From positions 34,764,995 through 34,828,994 of the forward strand of contig NC_068983.1 in NCBI RefSeq assembly GCF_001194135.2: a DNA stretch of 64,000 nucleotides, given 5' to 3'. Below the pieces are notes generated by a model. That model ran no database searches. It saw only the letters and a program-made list of their open reading frames with translations, and was not told the origin of the DNA. The stretch is from Octopus bimaculoides (lineage: Eukaryota). Each line of letters begins with the position of its first letter. The stretch's first letter is position 1. Both the position numbers and the translations under genes were made by a program. Below, piece by piece: positions 51,621 through 64,000 of this stretch.

Positions 51621-52158
51621 CCTCTTATATGAGGTCAAGAGCTACAAACATATGTTGTTTCTTAACATATAATTGCATAAAGGACACTTCTGTCACCATC
51701 ATGACATTTGAAACTGGTTAGGTTGAAAATAGTGAAAATTGCATGAGTTTGATACTTTTTTATTTACTGAAAATACTTAAATCATGACTTTCGTTTTCAC
51801 TTTTGTACTTGCATTAACATTAAATAACATTGAAAAACTGTTTTCGAAGCTATGTCACAAGGGTTTCCATGTGATGAAGTAAAATCTATCCTTAGTGATG
51901 GTGACAATGCCAAGACATTTGAGTTCGTGAAAAATGTTGATGTGATAGAGCAAAATGGATTTTAGTTTTGAAATCAGCATCCCACAATTAGTAGGAAACA
52001 TGTCTCCAACATCAGATAACAAACGCCTGTGTCCCCAATTGATTGATTGCGAGCCTGTATGCATTTGTGTTATTGAAGTAATGTAATTGTAAGCGTGTGT
52101 GTGTATGCATGTGTGTGTGTATGCATGTGTGTGTATGCATGTGTGTGTGCGTGTGTTT

Positions 52159-52247
<89 letters not shown>

Positions 52248-52818
52248 TCGTGCCTGCTCGAATGAGCTTTAATAAACTGAAAATTTTAAAATTTGATAGA
52301 TTGTAAATTGCACGTTGGAATATTCATGGCTGATTATTCATATTCATTTGATTTTTCGCATATCATCCGTAAAATCATTACGAATGGTATGCGTTCGACC
52401 TCATGTCCTCTTTATATTGTTTTACGTAATGCAATTTACTCATATAAAAATAGACTATAAAAATATAAACACAGCTATAGAAACTGTAAAATAATGTATT
52501 GATTTATAAAAATTATAAACGTTATGCAAGTATTATAGGACATCGCTGCAGTATAATGGGCTTATGTTGTTGTCATGCTTTATAATGATACATATCATAG
52601 AGTGAAATGGGGACGGTATTTACATTCTAAACCTCGAATGATATGAGAATATCTAGATTCTATTTAAATTGTGTTATCGAATGAGATTAATATATTATTT
52701 ATGAGTTCGAATGAAGAAGTTGATGAAACTGAATAATATTTTGGATGCATGAAATTGTTTTTGCGTGTTTATTGATAGTGTTAATTGGTAGTTTGGGTTA
52801 TTCGAACAGTGGGTTATA

Positions 52819-54077
52819 TTAGGTCGTTCCGAAAATAATGGCCGATTTCAGTAACATAATTTTGTTCTGGGAAAATTGGCAATTGAAAGGTTTTAATTAG
52901 TCAAGGTATAAGCCGCGAACATCTATGCATTTCTGCTATCAATCAATGAGATTATTTATGCCTCGTTGATAAAATATTATTAGCTTTGATGCTAAGAAAT
53001 ATTTGAAAGCTGATTCCACTTCTGGTTTGGACCTGAAAGTTTTATCACTTAAAAATATGTTTCAATGTTTTAAAAAATGGTCAGCGGGTGAAAGATCAAG
53101 GGAGTATAGAGGATGTCGTAAAGTCTCGCATGTCAAGTTTGTGAGTTTCTACAGCGTCATTCTTGCAACATGTGGCTTTGCATTATCGTGGAGCAGAATT
53201 GGGGCACCAATGCAGGTTTCATTTTTTGCAAGTGAGCATGCATTTCAGCGAGTTCATTGCAGCACACCTCTACTGTAATGCTCTGATTGGGTTCCAGAAA
53301 GCTGTAACGGACAACACCAATTTCACATCACTAGACAGTCACCATAATATTTTGCTGATGCAACTTTGACTTTCGGGAATGTTTGGGGAACTCATCACGA
53401 TCAAGCCATTGACCTGATCGTTTACGGTTATCATAAAGGATCCACTTCTCGTCACAAGTGGCTATTCGGTCAAAAAATGGATCATTGGTGTTTCGTAGAA
53501 AGAGCATCGAGCACACTTCAAATGCCGAACTTTTTGATTTTCATAGAACTTATGCGGTACCCACTTATCGAGCTTTTTAACCTTACCAATCTTCTGCAGA
53601 CTGCATGAGACCGTTGCAATACCGACATTAAGTGCCTGAGACATTTCTCTGATACTTTGACGTGGGTTTTGTTCAACAATTGCTTTCAATTGTTCATTGT
53701 CAGGACTGCATAACCGTCCTCCATCTTCTTCCTCTTCAAGGCTCTCATCCCCACTACGGAATTTCTGATACTACCTTCGTACTGTGCGACTCCTCTCCCT
53801 ATGTTCTGTTGATATTGGCAGCAGTTATGGAGGTATTGTGCCCAAACTTGAAGTCATGCAAGAAAAGTAAGCAAAGGTCTATTTTTGTCAGGTTCATAAT
53901 TAAGAGTGCCTATGCTTCAATAATGTTTTCTGTCTGAAATAAGAAGGAAATTATTAAAGAGCATACATCAATAATTAAGCATGTCGAAATTAACCTAACA
54001 TATAACTAAAATGTTATGATAAAATTGCATTTCAAAGCACAACACTTAGAGCGGCCATTATTTTCGGAACAACCTAA
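52819..54077 (-). mobile_element. Near full-length mariner (DD34D) transposon, inactivated
   Basis: TIRs TTAGGTCGTTCCGAAAATAATGGCCG (52819) and CGGCCATTATTTTCGGAACAACCTAA (ends 54077); TA on the left. Transposase from ATG 53897 with KKLDKWVPH, RIATCDEKWILYDN and YSLDLSPADH; frameshifts. Confidence 0.95.
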
Positions 54078-54776
54078 TCAGCTAGTGCATACTTTGTATG
54101 TCTTAATCATAGAGGGTAATTCAACGGAGTTAATTTAATTATGTCAAGTATTGTTTATAATTTATACTAAAAATCGGGTGTCGTAGAAACAGGGTTTTAG
54201 CTGATCGCCATCACTGTTCAGACCGTTTATATTTTGGAAAATTATGATAACGTTGTCTGCTACACAAATCTAGCACTAACGGTTTGTTGTAGTGTTATCT
54301 GTATCTAAAAGCGTGGGCCAAATATGCGCCTGTAATATTTATCATTTTGACATTTTCCTGAAATGTGTACGGCCGGAATGAATATGAAGACTTCATAGGG
54401 TTTTGCAACTTTGCAATTAATCATCAACCCCTCTTTAGTTTTACATCCAAGCGCCAGTGAACACATCATCGTACAAAAATATCCTCTTCATACACTCTTC
54501 GGTGATTACAAGAAAAATCATTTTTCATTTTTCTGTTCAGTTCAACTCATTTATTTGCATTTTATACACACAGTTTATTTAATTTTATGTTTCTACACGA
54601 TATATTCAGAACAGACTTTTAGTACAGTTCCTTCTATTGAATTTGAGGATCGGAAATTTAAAATTCCAATAATCTGGATATGGAATATTAAATATTACAA
54701 TAAAAAACTAATTTCCAACCATTTGATATTGAGAGCTGTTTCAGCATATTTTTGTCTCTATGTAAGTAATACATAC

Positions 54777-54825
<49 letters not shown>

Positions 54826-55264
54826 TTATCTAAAATAGACTTTTGTGTGTGTATTCGCTTTTCACGCAAAAACAGCTGCGCGAATTGGTTCCATATTGGG
54901 GGTGCATGAATAATTTGACCTCGGATACATAACAGGGTCTTCATTTATTTTTTATCAAAACTAAATAAAATAAATATTATTGCTTTATATACATATATAT
55001 GATTCACTTGTTTGAAAAGTTTTTCAATGTCAGCTTCTGTGATTTTTTTCAATGTCAGCTTCAGTGATTACTCCCGATATTGACGTAGCAAGTACTGCTA
55101 CCAAGACACTCACATATGTGTATTACCGCTTCTATTTCATTTCGGAACCTGCGTTATTGAGTATTAAAAGTAAGTATTGCTTTCTGAGTAATACACTAAT
55201 ATGACACTACAAGCAAACAGTACTATGTTAAAGCTATGAGTTTATAATCCGAGTGGAACCGGGT

Positions 55265-55624
55265 CCTTCTGCTACGACGACGACTGTTCCAGTTGATCCG
55301 ATCAACGGAACAGCCTACTAGTGAAATAAATGTGCAAGTGGCTGAGCACTCCACAGACACGAGTACTCTTAACGTAGTTCTCGGGGAGATTCAGCGTGAC
55401 ACAGAGTGTGAGAAGGCTGGCCCTGTGAAATACAGGTACAACAGAAGCAGGAAGAAGTTGTGGTGAAAGAGTACAGCAAGTTTCGCCACCACACTCTGCC
55501 GGAGCCTCGTGGAGCTTTATGTGTTTTAGCTCAATAAACACTCACAACGTCCGGTCTGTGAATTGAAACCGCGATCCAACAACTGCAAGTCCGCTGCCCT
55601 AACCACTGGGCCATTGCACCTCCA
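55265..55624 (-). mobile_element. tRNA-derived SINE (same family as 45530-45905)
   Basis: Same head and body as 45530-45905. Confidence 0.9.
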
Positions 55625-56827
55625 CTCTGCTTGTATACATCTAAACCATACGGTGTTGTTAGCATGTGTGTGTCTGGATATGTTAGTATTATGCACTTGT
55701 GTAATTTGACGGACGAGTGCTTACGTGTTTTATTGCGCCAATGTGCTCCTAGTAAGCTCTGCCCGACAATAACTGTCAACATTGTAATTATTAATTTAAA
55801 CATATCTTTTATGTATCGTATTTCTTGGACAACATTATTAAATAATTCTTTCTGCTATAAAATAATACTTTTATGATTCCAGTCGCTGATTCCATTGACA
55901 TTTTTACTGCTATGATCTTTTGCATAAAAATTCTGTAAACGTTCTCTCACTGGATGATCATGAAGGTAATGCTGGATTAAATGGTTACTTGTATATCAGA
56001 TCAGATTGCTCAGACCTCAAATCAAAATATTTCCAGCTCATAGCCATCTAATTTTATATTTCAGCATCTATTATATGATGTGTCCTTTTATCTTAAATCA
56101 GATATATGTATGTTGACAGAAACTTTGCTGTTGTTTTTAGCAAACTGAAGGACCACGTAGAGGTTCCTTCGGCTTTTCATTTGTATGAGTGTTGATGTGT
56201 GTAGTGTATTTATGTGTTTATATGGTCAAGTACGGGACGTGTCAGTGGGAAGGGGTGGGGTGTATTCGCGTTGGAAAAAGTGTTAACTCTAAATATAGTT
56301 CACGCTTGTTTACGTTTAATCTTAATTTAACGAAAATTGATTCTTGTTTTTCTGATATCTCGTTCATGTATATTTTTTTGTATGATTTTGTATTATATTT
56401 CACTGTCATTTCCGAAATTGAATTCCAAAAGCAATAAATGAATTAACAAATAAAACAAAAACAAATTAATTTTTAATAATAGCAAAGAATTATAAAGATC
56501 AAGTATATAAGGAATAAAAAGTATCGCCTGAATGACAAACTAAGATTGAAAACAAACCACAAATAAATAAATAATAAAAAGATACGATTATAGAAAGATG
56601 TGTGATCTGTTCAGCTTGATCAAAATAGAAATAATGGTGAAAAATGAAATTAAAACGCACAAAGTGAAATAAACGAAAATAAACTGGGCCAGCTTAACAA
56701 GAATGCACAAGAAGTTTCTTCCTGTGTACGAGAGAATAAACACATACAAATATCATATGGGAGAAACTGGAAGAAATTGTAACGAATAATAATAAAATTG
56801 GTTTCATATTTTGGTTCAAGGCAACTT

Positions 56828-57605
56828 AGTTGGGTGGGGGATGAAAGGTAATGTCCACCTCGGCGGAATTTGAACTCAGAACATAAAAACGAACGAAATG
56901 TCGCTAAGTATTTTGTCCAGTGTGCTAATGATTCTGCCAGCTCACCACCATTTTGGCACAAGGCCAGCAATTTCGGGGTTGGGAATAAGTCGATTACATC
57001 TACCCCGTTGTTCAACTGATTCTTATTATATCAGCTCCAAAACGACGAAAGGCAAAGTTGACCTCGGTGGAATTTGAACCCAGAACGTATATACGGATGA
57101 AATGCCGCTAAGAATTTTGTCCGGCTTGATAACCATTCTGCCAGCCCACCGTTTTACGAATAATAACAATATTACGGTGGCAAGCTGGCATAATCAATAG
57201 CACGCCGGACAAAATGCTTAACGACATTTCATCCGTCTTTACGTTCTGAGGTCAAATTCCGCCGAGATTGACTTTTCCTTTCATCACTTCCGGTCGATAA
57301 AATAAGAACCAGTTGAATACTGAGACCGATGTAACCGATTTACAGCTCTCCTAAAATTGCTGGCCCTGTACCAAAATTTGAAATCAATTTTATTGTTTCT
57401 GATTTCAGAATAAGGCCTGAAACTTTGGGGGAAGGCGATGATCAATCTTATGGATATAGTGCTCGACAGGAACTTATTTCATCGACTTCCAAAGGATGAA
57501 AGGTAAAACTGACCTCGTCGCAATTAGAACTCAGTACTTAAAGTCGGAAGAATTTTCTACGAAGCATTTTGTCCAGCGTGCTACCAATTCTCCTAGCTAA
57601 CAGCC
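56828..57605. mobile_element. Cluster of four copies of the 49205-type SINE (-, -, +, -)
   Basis: Copies at about 56828-56948 (-), 56955-57150 (-), 57175-57390 (+) and 57400-57605 (-), each with the GCCGAGGT.GAC...CCTTTCATC core. Confidence 0.8.
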
Positions 57606-57637
57606 TAATAATAAATGATAATAATCCTTCCTAATAC

Positions 57638-57826
57638 AGTTCTATACTTAAGAGATGAGGTATTATGTACATTATTTACATTATTTACAATTGATGGATA
57701 TTTGTCCTCATCTTGTTTGCTGTTAACACAACGTTTCGGCTGACATACCCTCCAGCCTTCATCAGATGTCTTGGAGAAATTTCGAAACTGGGTTCTCATT
57801 CCTAAGGTATTTTTCAATGTTCTTGC

Positions 57827-57893
<67 letters not shown>

Positions 57894-58031
57894 ATTATTA
57901 TTATTAATATTATTATTTTTAATATTATTATTATTATTCAGGTCACTGCCTGGAATCGAACTTGGAATCTTGGGGTTCGTAGCCCGCGCTATTAAACACT
58001 ACGCCATATGCCCGTGGGCATATGGCGTAGT
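57638..58031 (-). mobile_element. tRNA-Arg/(AAT)n/hammerhead-tail family, full-length copy with 5' palindrome (locus 3)
   Basis: Head GGGCATATGGCGTAGTGTTTAATAGCGCGGGCTACGAACCCCAAGATTCCAAGTTCGATTCCAGGC (anticodon loop CT-ACG-AA). Tail ends at 57638. The first 16 nt are duplicated in inverted form at 58016-58031. Confidence 0.9.
57725..57770 (-). ncRNA. Minimal type I hammerhead motif with intact core
   Basis: GACAT-CTGATGA-A-GGCTG-gagggtatgt-CAGCC-GAAAC-GTT-GTGTT. Palindromic AACGTT stem III, GUU triplet, 5-bp stem I with two G.U pairs. Confidence 0.75.
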
Positions 58032-58169
58032 AGTTAGTATTGTCACAAAGATGGGAATTTCGGAGGAGAGGGTTAGTTGATTTCATTGATCACAGTACTC
58101 AATTGGTATTATTTATGCACACTATTTCTGGACAATCGTCTTGAAGGTTTTTAATCGAAGAAGTGCACC

Positions 58170-58500
58170 CTAAGACTTATTTCTTTAAGCCTGTTACTTA
58201 TTCTATCGGACTGTTTTGCCGAGCTGCTAGGTTATGTGGACGTAAACTCCCCAAAACCGGTTGTCAAATGGTGGTGGGGAACAAGCACCGAGATAAAGAC
58301 ATGCACGCATGGACATATACATATATATTCATACACCGGGCTTTTTTCAATTTCCATCCACCAAATCCACTTACAAGGCTTTGGTTGACCCATGACTCTA
58401 GTTGAAGACGCTCCTCTAAAGTGTCACGCAGTGAGACTCAACCCAAAACCTTTTGGTTGGGAGGCAAGCTTCTTACCACACAGCAAGATTCTTACCAAGT
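58170..58500 (-). mobile_element. SINE copy (family of 8670 / 10135) with short internal TG/TA spacer
   Basis: 3' half at 58170-58290 and 5' half at 58330-58500, both in reverse orientation. Confidence 0.8.
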
Positions 58501-60269
58501 CTGTGCCTGCATATATATATGTGTGTGTGTGTATGCATATACATNNNNNNNNNNTATATATATGTATATACACACACACGCGCGCACACACATATATATT
58601 ATACCCTTAAGCGCACATATATAATTATTTCTGCATGTATTGATACATATATTAACATACTTACTTGTGTATCGTCGTGTCTGTATCTATGCTTATATAT
58701 GTATAGCTCTCTTTACTAGACCGTCTTTTGAAGTGTATCCCTGTTTGAAGTGAAATTAGACACTTTGCAAACAGGCTTCCTAATTGTGACTGGCGGGTAT
58801 ATTTTTGTTTTTATACGAAGTTCTGCTTTGTTTTTCTGTATGGAAAACATCAATCTATTTAAATAGAATGCTGTTTATATATATATATATTCATATTTAT
58901 TAAAGCACCATTCATTTACTTTTAATAGTTTCATATATATAATTGGTTATAGGATTCATTGGAAACTAGACACATCAATACATATATGCTCAGAAATGGC
59001 TGGGTACAATAGTATAGGATTCAACAGTAATACAAATATCAAGGAAGGTATTAACTATTGGTAGGACACTGTAGATATGTAAGTAATCAATCCAATTTAA
59101 AACGTTGATCCGACTCAGGAGCTGGCTGAATGTGTGGGGCAACTATAAATAGAGAACACGAATGGAGTTTAAAATTCACGACAGCAGTTTTTGTAGAATT
59201 TTATTGATGTATCCATAGATTACATCACATCAAATAATCCAGCATCTTCAGGTACAATTTTAATCACATATAAAACCGCTGAGATAATAAACTGATCGGG
59301 ACGAATCCAGGTAACATTATGGATACGTCTGAAACGTATAAAAGAATAGAATAATATATATAAACTCAATAATTTTGAGATATATGGATATTAAGAAGTT
59401 TAATAAATTTAATTGCGTGAACTGCATAAAATGGTCTCATTTTGATACATCGGAAACTTCTTAATGAAGGGGGAACTGCACTTCCATATCAAATCTCCGC
59501 GAAAATACTCTTGTTTTCTATTCCCGATTGAGTACTGATGGGATTGGCTCTCCATTTGTAAATGGAGAGAAAATTAGCTTCGTATTCGCTAAGATTTGAT
59601 TTCCATCGCATCATTTTCTACCTGCGAAACTTGTATCTTTCCCTCTGCTGTATTTCGGTAGTTTTAGGCACCAGATGGATGTTTTCGTTTATTTTCAGTT
59701 GTTGCCGTGGGTGGGGCAGAAATTTTGAGTGCTTATTGGGCTTTTGTTTCGTATATATTTGCTAATTTCTTTATCTGTGTGTATATGTTGGAGAATTATT
59801 TGAATTCTTGTAATCATTCCGGGTAATTGAATATAGTGTGGGAATTTTACCCAGATGATGTGTTTGATTATGTCATATTTGAAATTCTCAATGGATTTTA
59901 GGACAGCCAGCAGAATCATTTTAATTCAAATCCTATGTATAATCTGGTTGTTCTCTAAGTACAATCCTTAGGAAAGCAGTTACCATATCTCTCAAAATCC
60001 CATGGTTGACCACATAAAAGGCAACAAGAGTCGTGGAGGAAGCTACTTTCATGAGGGTAATTTCACGTCTAAAACATCGTTAACGGGAAATATAACTAGA
60101 GGAGTCTTCCACGTATTCAAGCACATGATATGATACTCCAAAAAGATACCAAAAAATGCATAATCGATACTATATGTATGTTTGAGTGAGTATGTTTTTG
60201 TATGTATTTATATGTGTGTGTATGTGTGTGTGTATGTATGTGTACTGTTTGGGGGGGTGTACTGTTTGG

Positions 60270-60350
<81 letters not shown>

Positions 60351-60402
60351 CGTGCTGTTTGGGTGATAATCTGAGGAGTAATACATACATTCATAATAAT
60401 TA

Positions 60403-60614
60403 TTCTTTTCTACTCTAGGCAGAAGGCTCGAAATTCTGTGGGGAGGGGGCCAGTCGATTAGATCAACCCAAGAACGCAACTCGTACTTAATTTATCGACC
60501 CCGAAAGGATGAAAGGCAAAGTCGACACCAGCGGAATTTGAGCTCAGAACGTAAATACAGACGAAATACCACTAAGCACTTCGCCGGACGCGGTAATTTT
60601 CTGCCAGTTCACCA
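60403..60614 (-). mobile_element. SINE copy (49205 family)
   Basis: TTCTTTTCTACTCTAGGC...TTTATCGACCCCGAAAGGATGAAAGGCAAAGTCGAC...CTGCCAGTTCACC. Confidence 0.9.
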
Positions 60615-60869
60615 ACTTATTCGTAATAATTATTGTAGCTTTACCATATATACTAAACACAGAATAGTATTTCTTATCGTTTATAACCATAATCAATAAA
60701 CATAAGCATACTCATTCATGCAAAAGTATATTCCAATGCACACGCATCCATACGCACATACAATTATATGCGTGCATATGCATACACAAATGTGTAATGC
60801 ATGTGGGTATTTGTATGCTTGTGCACAAACGCGTGCACATTCTGAATATACTTATCATAAAATAATATA

Positions 60870-61087
60870 CAATAATCCCTCGACTATCGGGGCTGTTATG
60901 TTCCAAAACCCTGCGCGTTAAGTGAAAATCCGCGAACTAGAAACAGTAGAGTACTGTATATTTTATTATTTTTATGATTTGTACATATTTATTTTATTAG
61001 AAATGCAAAACAATACCACGGAGGAATCGACGTAAGCTTAAATAATAAACCGCGATAGGTGAACCGCGATACGGCGAGGGATTACTG
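60870..61087. mobile_element. pogo/Tigger-like MITE
   Basis: TA|CAATAATCCCTCGACTATCG ... CGATACGGCGAGGGATTACTG|CA inverted ends. Confidence 0.75.
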
Positions 61088-61240
61088 CATGTATTAATCG
61101 CCCCCACCCCCAAACACACGCACACACATACACGTGTGTTTCTGGAAACCAATTTATTTCTCTCTCTCTCTTTCTCTCTCACTCTCTATTTAACAATCTA
61201 TCTGTTTATCTGTCTGTCTATCTCTATCTCCCTATCTCTA

Positions 61241-61282
<42 letters not shown>

Positions 61283-61570
61283 NNNNNNNNNNNNNNNNNN
61301 NNNNNNNNNNNNNNNNNNNNNNNNNNNNNNNNNNNNNNNNNNNNNNNNNNNNNNNNNNNNNNNNNNNNNNNNNNNNNNNNNNNNNNNNNNNNNNNNNNNN
61401 NNNNNNNNNNNNTATATATACTTATATATAAAGTGCATTAACTGTGTATTAATGCCTCACGCTTCGAGGGACTAAATAAGTCAAAAACTACCAAAAAGAA
61501 TAAGCAACATATTTACTGAAAGCGAGGGAATGCAGCTTTCAAAATTTATCTCTTAAAAACATTTAACTCA

Positions 61571-61648
61571 ACGGTAGACCACTGGTTTCTCAATGAAATA
61601 CAGAAAAACTGTGAAGTAACCCGTATTCTTTTGTTCATCAGTACACGT
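61571..61648 (-). ncRNA. Type I hammerhead ribozyme motif
   Basis: Minus strand: ACGTGTA-CTGATGA-A-CAAAAGAATACGGG...TTCTGTATTTCATTG-A-GAAAC-CAGTG-GTC-TACCGT. Long stem II, 3-bp stem III, GUC triplet (61577), 6-bp stem I with one bulge. Confidence 0.7.
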
Positions 61649-62081
61649 ATGGTCAAGATACATAAAGAATAAACAAGAATAAACCTACCACGATGTAGCC
61701 ATCACAGTACGACGACTTTCATTCATGATTACATAATCATGATTATATAATTATATAATGGAATAATAAACATGTGAACCCTCCAGGGGCAATGGATATA
61801 GTCGAAATATAGGGGATAATAGATAATAATTTTAAAATTAATAACTAAATTAATAGATAAATAAATTAATAAATAAATGAATAAATAAATAAATAAATTA
61901 AATTAAATAAATTAATCTAGTGGACATTCACAGGAGAGCAATAAAAATTGAAAATTAAGGAGTTACCTCCCCTATAATAACGGAAAAATAGTGGACTTAA
62001 ACGGGATTTTAATAATTTAATAATTTAATAATTTAATTTGATCGTTATGTTTGTGTTTTTTCGTGTTTTGTTCCAATGGTA

Positions 62082-62168
62082 GCCATTCCTGAAGAAGTGC
62101 CAAATGTCGAAATCCAATGGACCAGTCACTGGATAAGTTTGGGCACAGAAATGTTGACATAGAGTGGT
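62082..62168 (+). ncRNA. Type I hammerhead ribozyme motif
   Basis: GCCATTC-CTGAAGA-A-GTGCCAAA...TTTGGGCAC-A-GAAA-TG-TTGA-CA-TA-GAGTGGT. 7-bp stem I (2 G.U), AUA triplet (62161). Confidence 0.7.
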
Positions 62169-62245
62169 AAATAAATCGATCTTGGATATATCGAGTTTGA
62201 AGTTTCTATCTCTTTTAAATATACAAATTTAAAAGTTAAAAACCT

Positions 62246-62297
<52 letters not shown>

Positions 62298-63090
62298 TTA
62301 CATATATATGCATATTATATATGTATACACGTATATGAACACACACACGCATGCACTCACAAATACACTCGTCATGTATGTGTGTAATATGTGTAGGTAC
62401 ACAAATTCTCAGACATGCACAAACACATTTCTGTGTATGTATTTGTGTATGAATACATGTTTATATTAGTATATTCCACATTGTATTGTGACATCCTATG
62501 TAATATGCTATGCTATACAATAATGTTGTATATTATAACGTATTTTTAAATAATTGCAATTCAATCAATATCCTCTAGTTAAATATGACTGAATATGTAG
62601 TGTATCTTCAGTTGAAGTGAATTTTAACGTCTTCGGACCAGCCCCTCTTTTGATATTTCTAGATATTTCAATGTATTTGCAACTTAATTGATTCCATAAA
62701 GCTTTAAAAAATTACTCTTCAAAGATTTGATTTACGTTTGTAAAATAAATCTTCAGCAGCTATATTGTTTGATGGATAAGTTCTCAATAATAGAAAGATA
62801 AAATGCTTAATCTAATAGCTTTCTAACATGACATAGTGAGGATCGAGCAAGAAACGTCATGCAGAAAACTTGTTAGTGGAAATCCTATTATATATTAAGA
62901 AAGAGCTTTTATCTCAAGTGCGTTTTTGAAAACATTTAATGTCGTTTTCTGACTGTATATGGAAGATTCAAACAAACGTTTCATCTTACATTGATACACG
63001 CATAGACATACTTTGTAATATGCAGGCGTACGCACACGCCCACACGCACACATATACAAGCATGCCTTCACAACACAACACTCAAACACG

Positions 63091-63175
<85 letters not shown>

Positions 63176-63469
63176 TTATGTGTATAAAGCAAGCACATAC
63201 ACATATATGTATACATATATGTATTCGTGTATAAGTGTATATCTATGGTGTGTATATATTTGTACACTTGTGTGATCGTCTGCGTGTGTATGTGTGTGTG
63301 TATGTGTGTGTACAGCGTGTCGATTGTTTGCACAGACACAGCGATTATAAGCAAGTATTTGTAGTGGCATACACGTTTAGAAATATCTCTCTACTTCTAT
63401 CTCTAACTTTCCATCTCAGGTACTCTCTCTCTCTTATTTTTTTCTAATGTATATGTACATAGATGCAGA

Positions 63470-63478
63470 TATATATGT

Positions 63479-63560
<82 letters not shown>

Positions 63561-63892
63561 TGATTGATGGACTGGGGTGTAGGTAGGTAGATAGAGAGAG
63601 AGAGGCAGACAGACATTAGACAGAGAGATAAATAGAGAGTGAGAGAGAGAGAAACAGACAGATTAATTGATATGTATATAGGAGAGAGAGAGAGAGGGGG
63701 GAGGGAGACAAACAGACATTAGATAGACACATAGATACATAGAGAGAGACAGAGACAGAGGGGTAGGTAGGTAGGTAGGTAGGTAGGTAGGTAGGTAGGT
63801 AGTTAGGTAGGTAGGTAAGGAGGAAGGTGGTAGGTAGGCAGGTAGGTAGGTAGGTAGGTAGGTAGGTAGGTAGGTAGGTAGATGATAGATAC

Positions 63893-63930
<38 letters not shown>
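63470..63930. repeat. Compound (GATA)n / (GA)n / (GGTA)n microsatellite field
   Basis: Read directly. Similar (TG)n, (TA)n, (TATG)n, (AAAG)n and (CT)n tracts occur throughout the window. Confidence 0.95.
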
Positions 63931-63931
<1 letters not shown>

Positions 63932-64000
63932 TGTTTCTTTATTAGCCACACAGGACTCAACACAGAGGGGACAAAATACAAATGTAGAGTTTTTCTTTTC

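Noticed and set aside
57945-58013. SINE heads as genuine tRNA genes
   Set aside because: The acceptor stem 3' strand is missing or replaced, and each head continues into a shared repeat body.
59245-59340. Hammerhead-like remnants (CTGATCG...GAAACGTA on +; CTGAAGA on -)
   Set aside because: A good stem II on the plus strand, but the core has two changes and stem I does not pair. At best a decayed motif.

Overview
This is AT-rich, repeat-saturated animal DNA from a gapped assembly (14 N-runs, nearly all at microsatellites). The SINE families and simple-repeat density suggest a coleoid cephalopod, probably Octopus (inference). No host protein-coding gene can be called with confidence; most ORFs in the supplied track are microsatellite or N artefacts. 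The window holds decayed transposons: L1/Tx1-like, R4/Dong, HERO-like, RTE and CR1/L2-like LINEs, a Penelope RT, Gypsy pol, Tc1, maT, mariner, Chapaev3-like DNA elements, several MITEs and at least four tRNA-derived SINE families. The most notable signal is a set of small non-coding elements carrying minimal type I hammerhead ribozyme motifs of the Penelope-like element (PLE) kind. Six motifs keep the catalytic core, in six unrelated sequence contexts (4.4, 7.6, 32.7, 57.7, 61.6 and 62.1 kb), and four of these lie in elements with an inverted 5' end. One family, at three loci, is a tRNA-Arg(ACG) head + (AAT)n + hammerhead-bearing PLE-type tail, i.e. a candidate Penelope-mobilised SINE. All folds and alignments were done by eye; ribozyme activity and novelty are untested.
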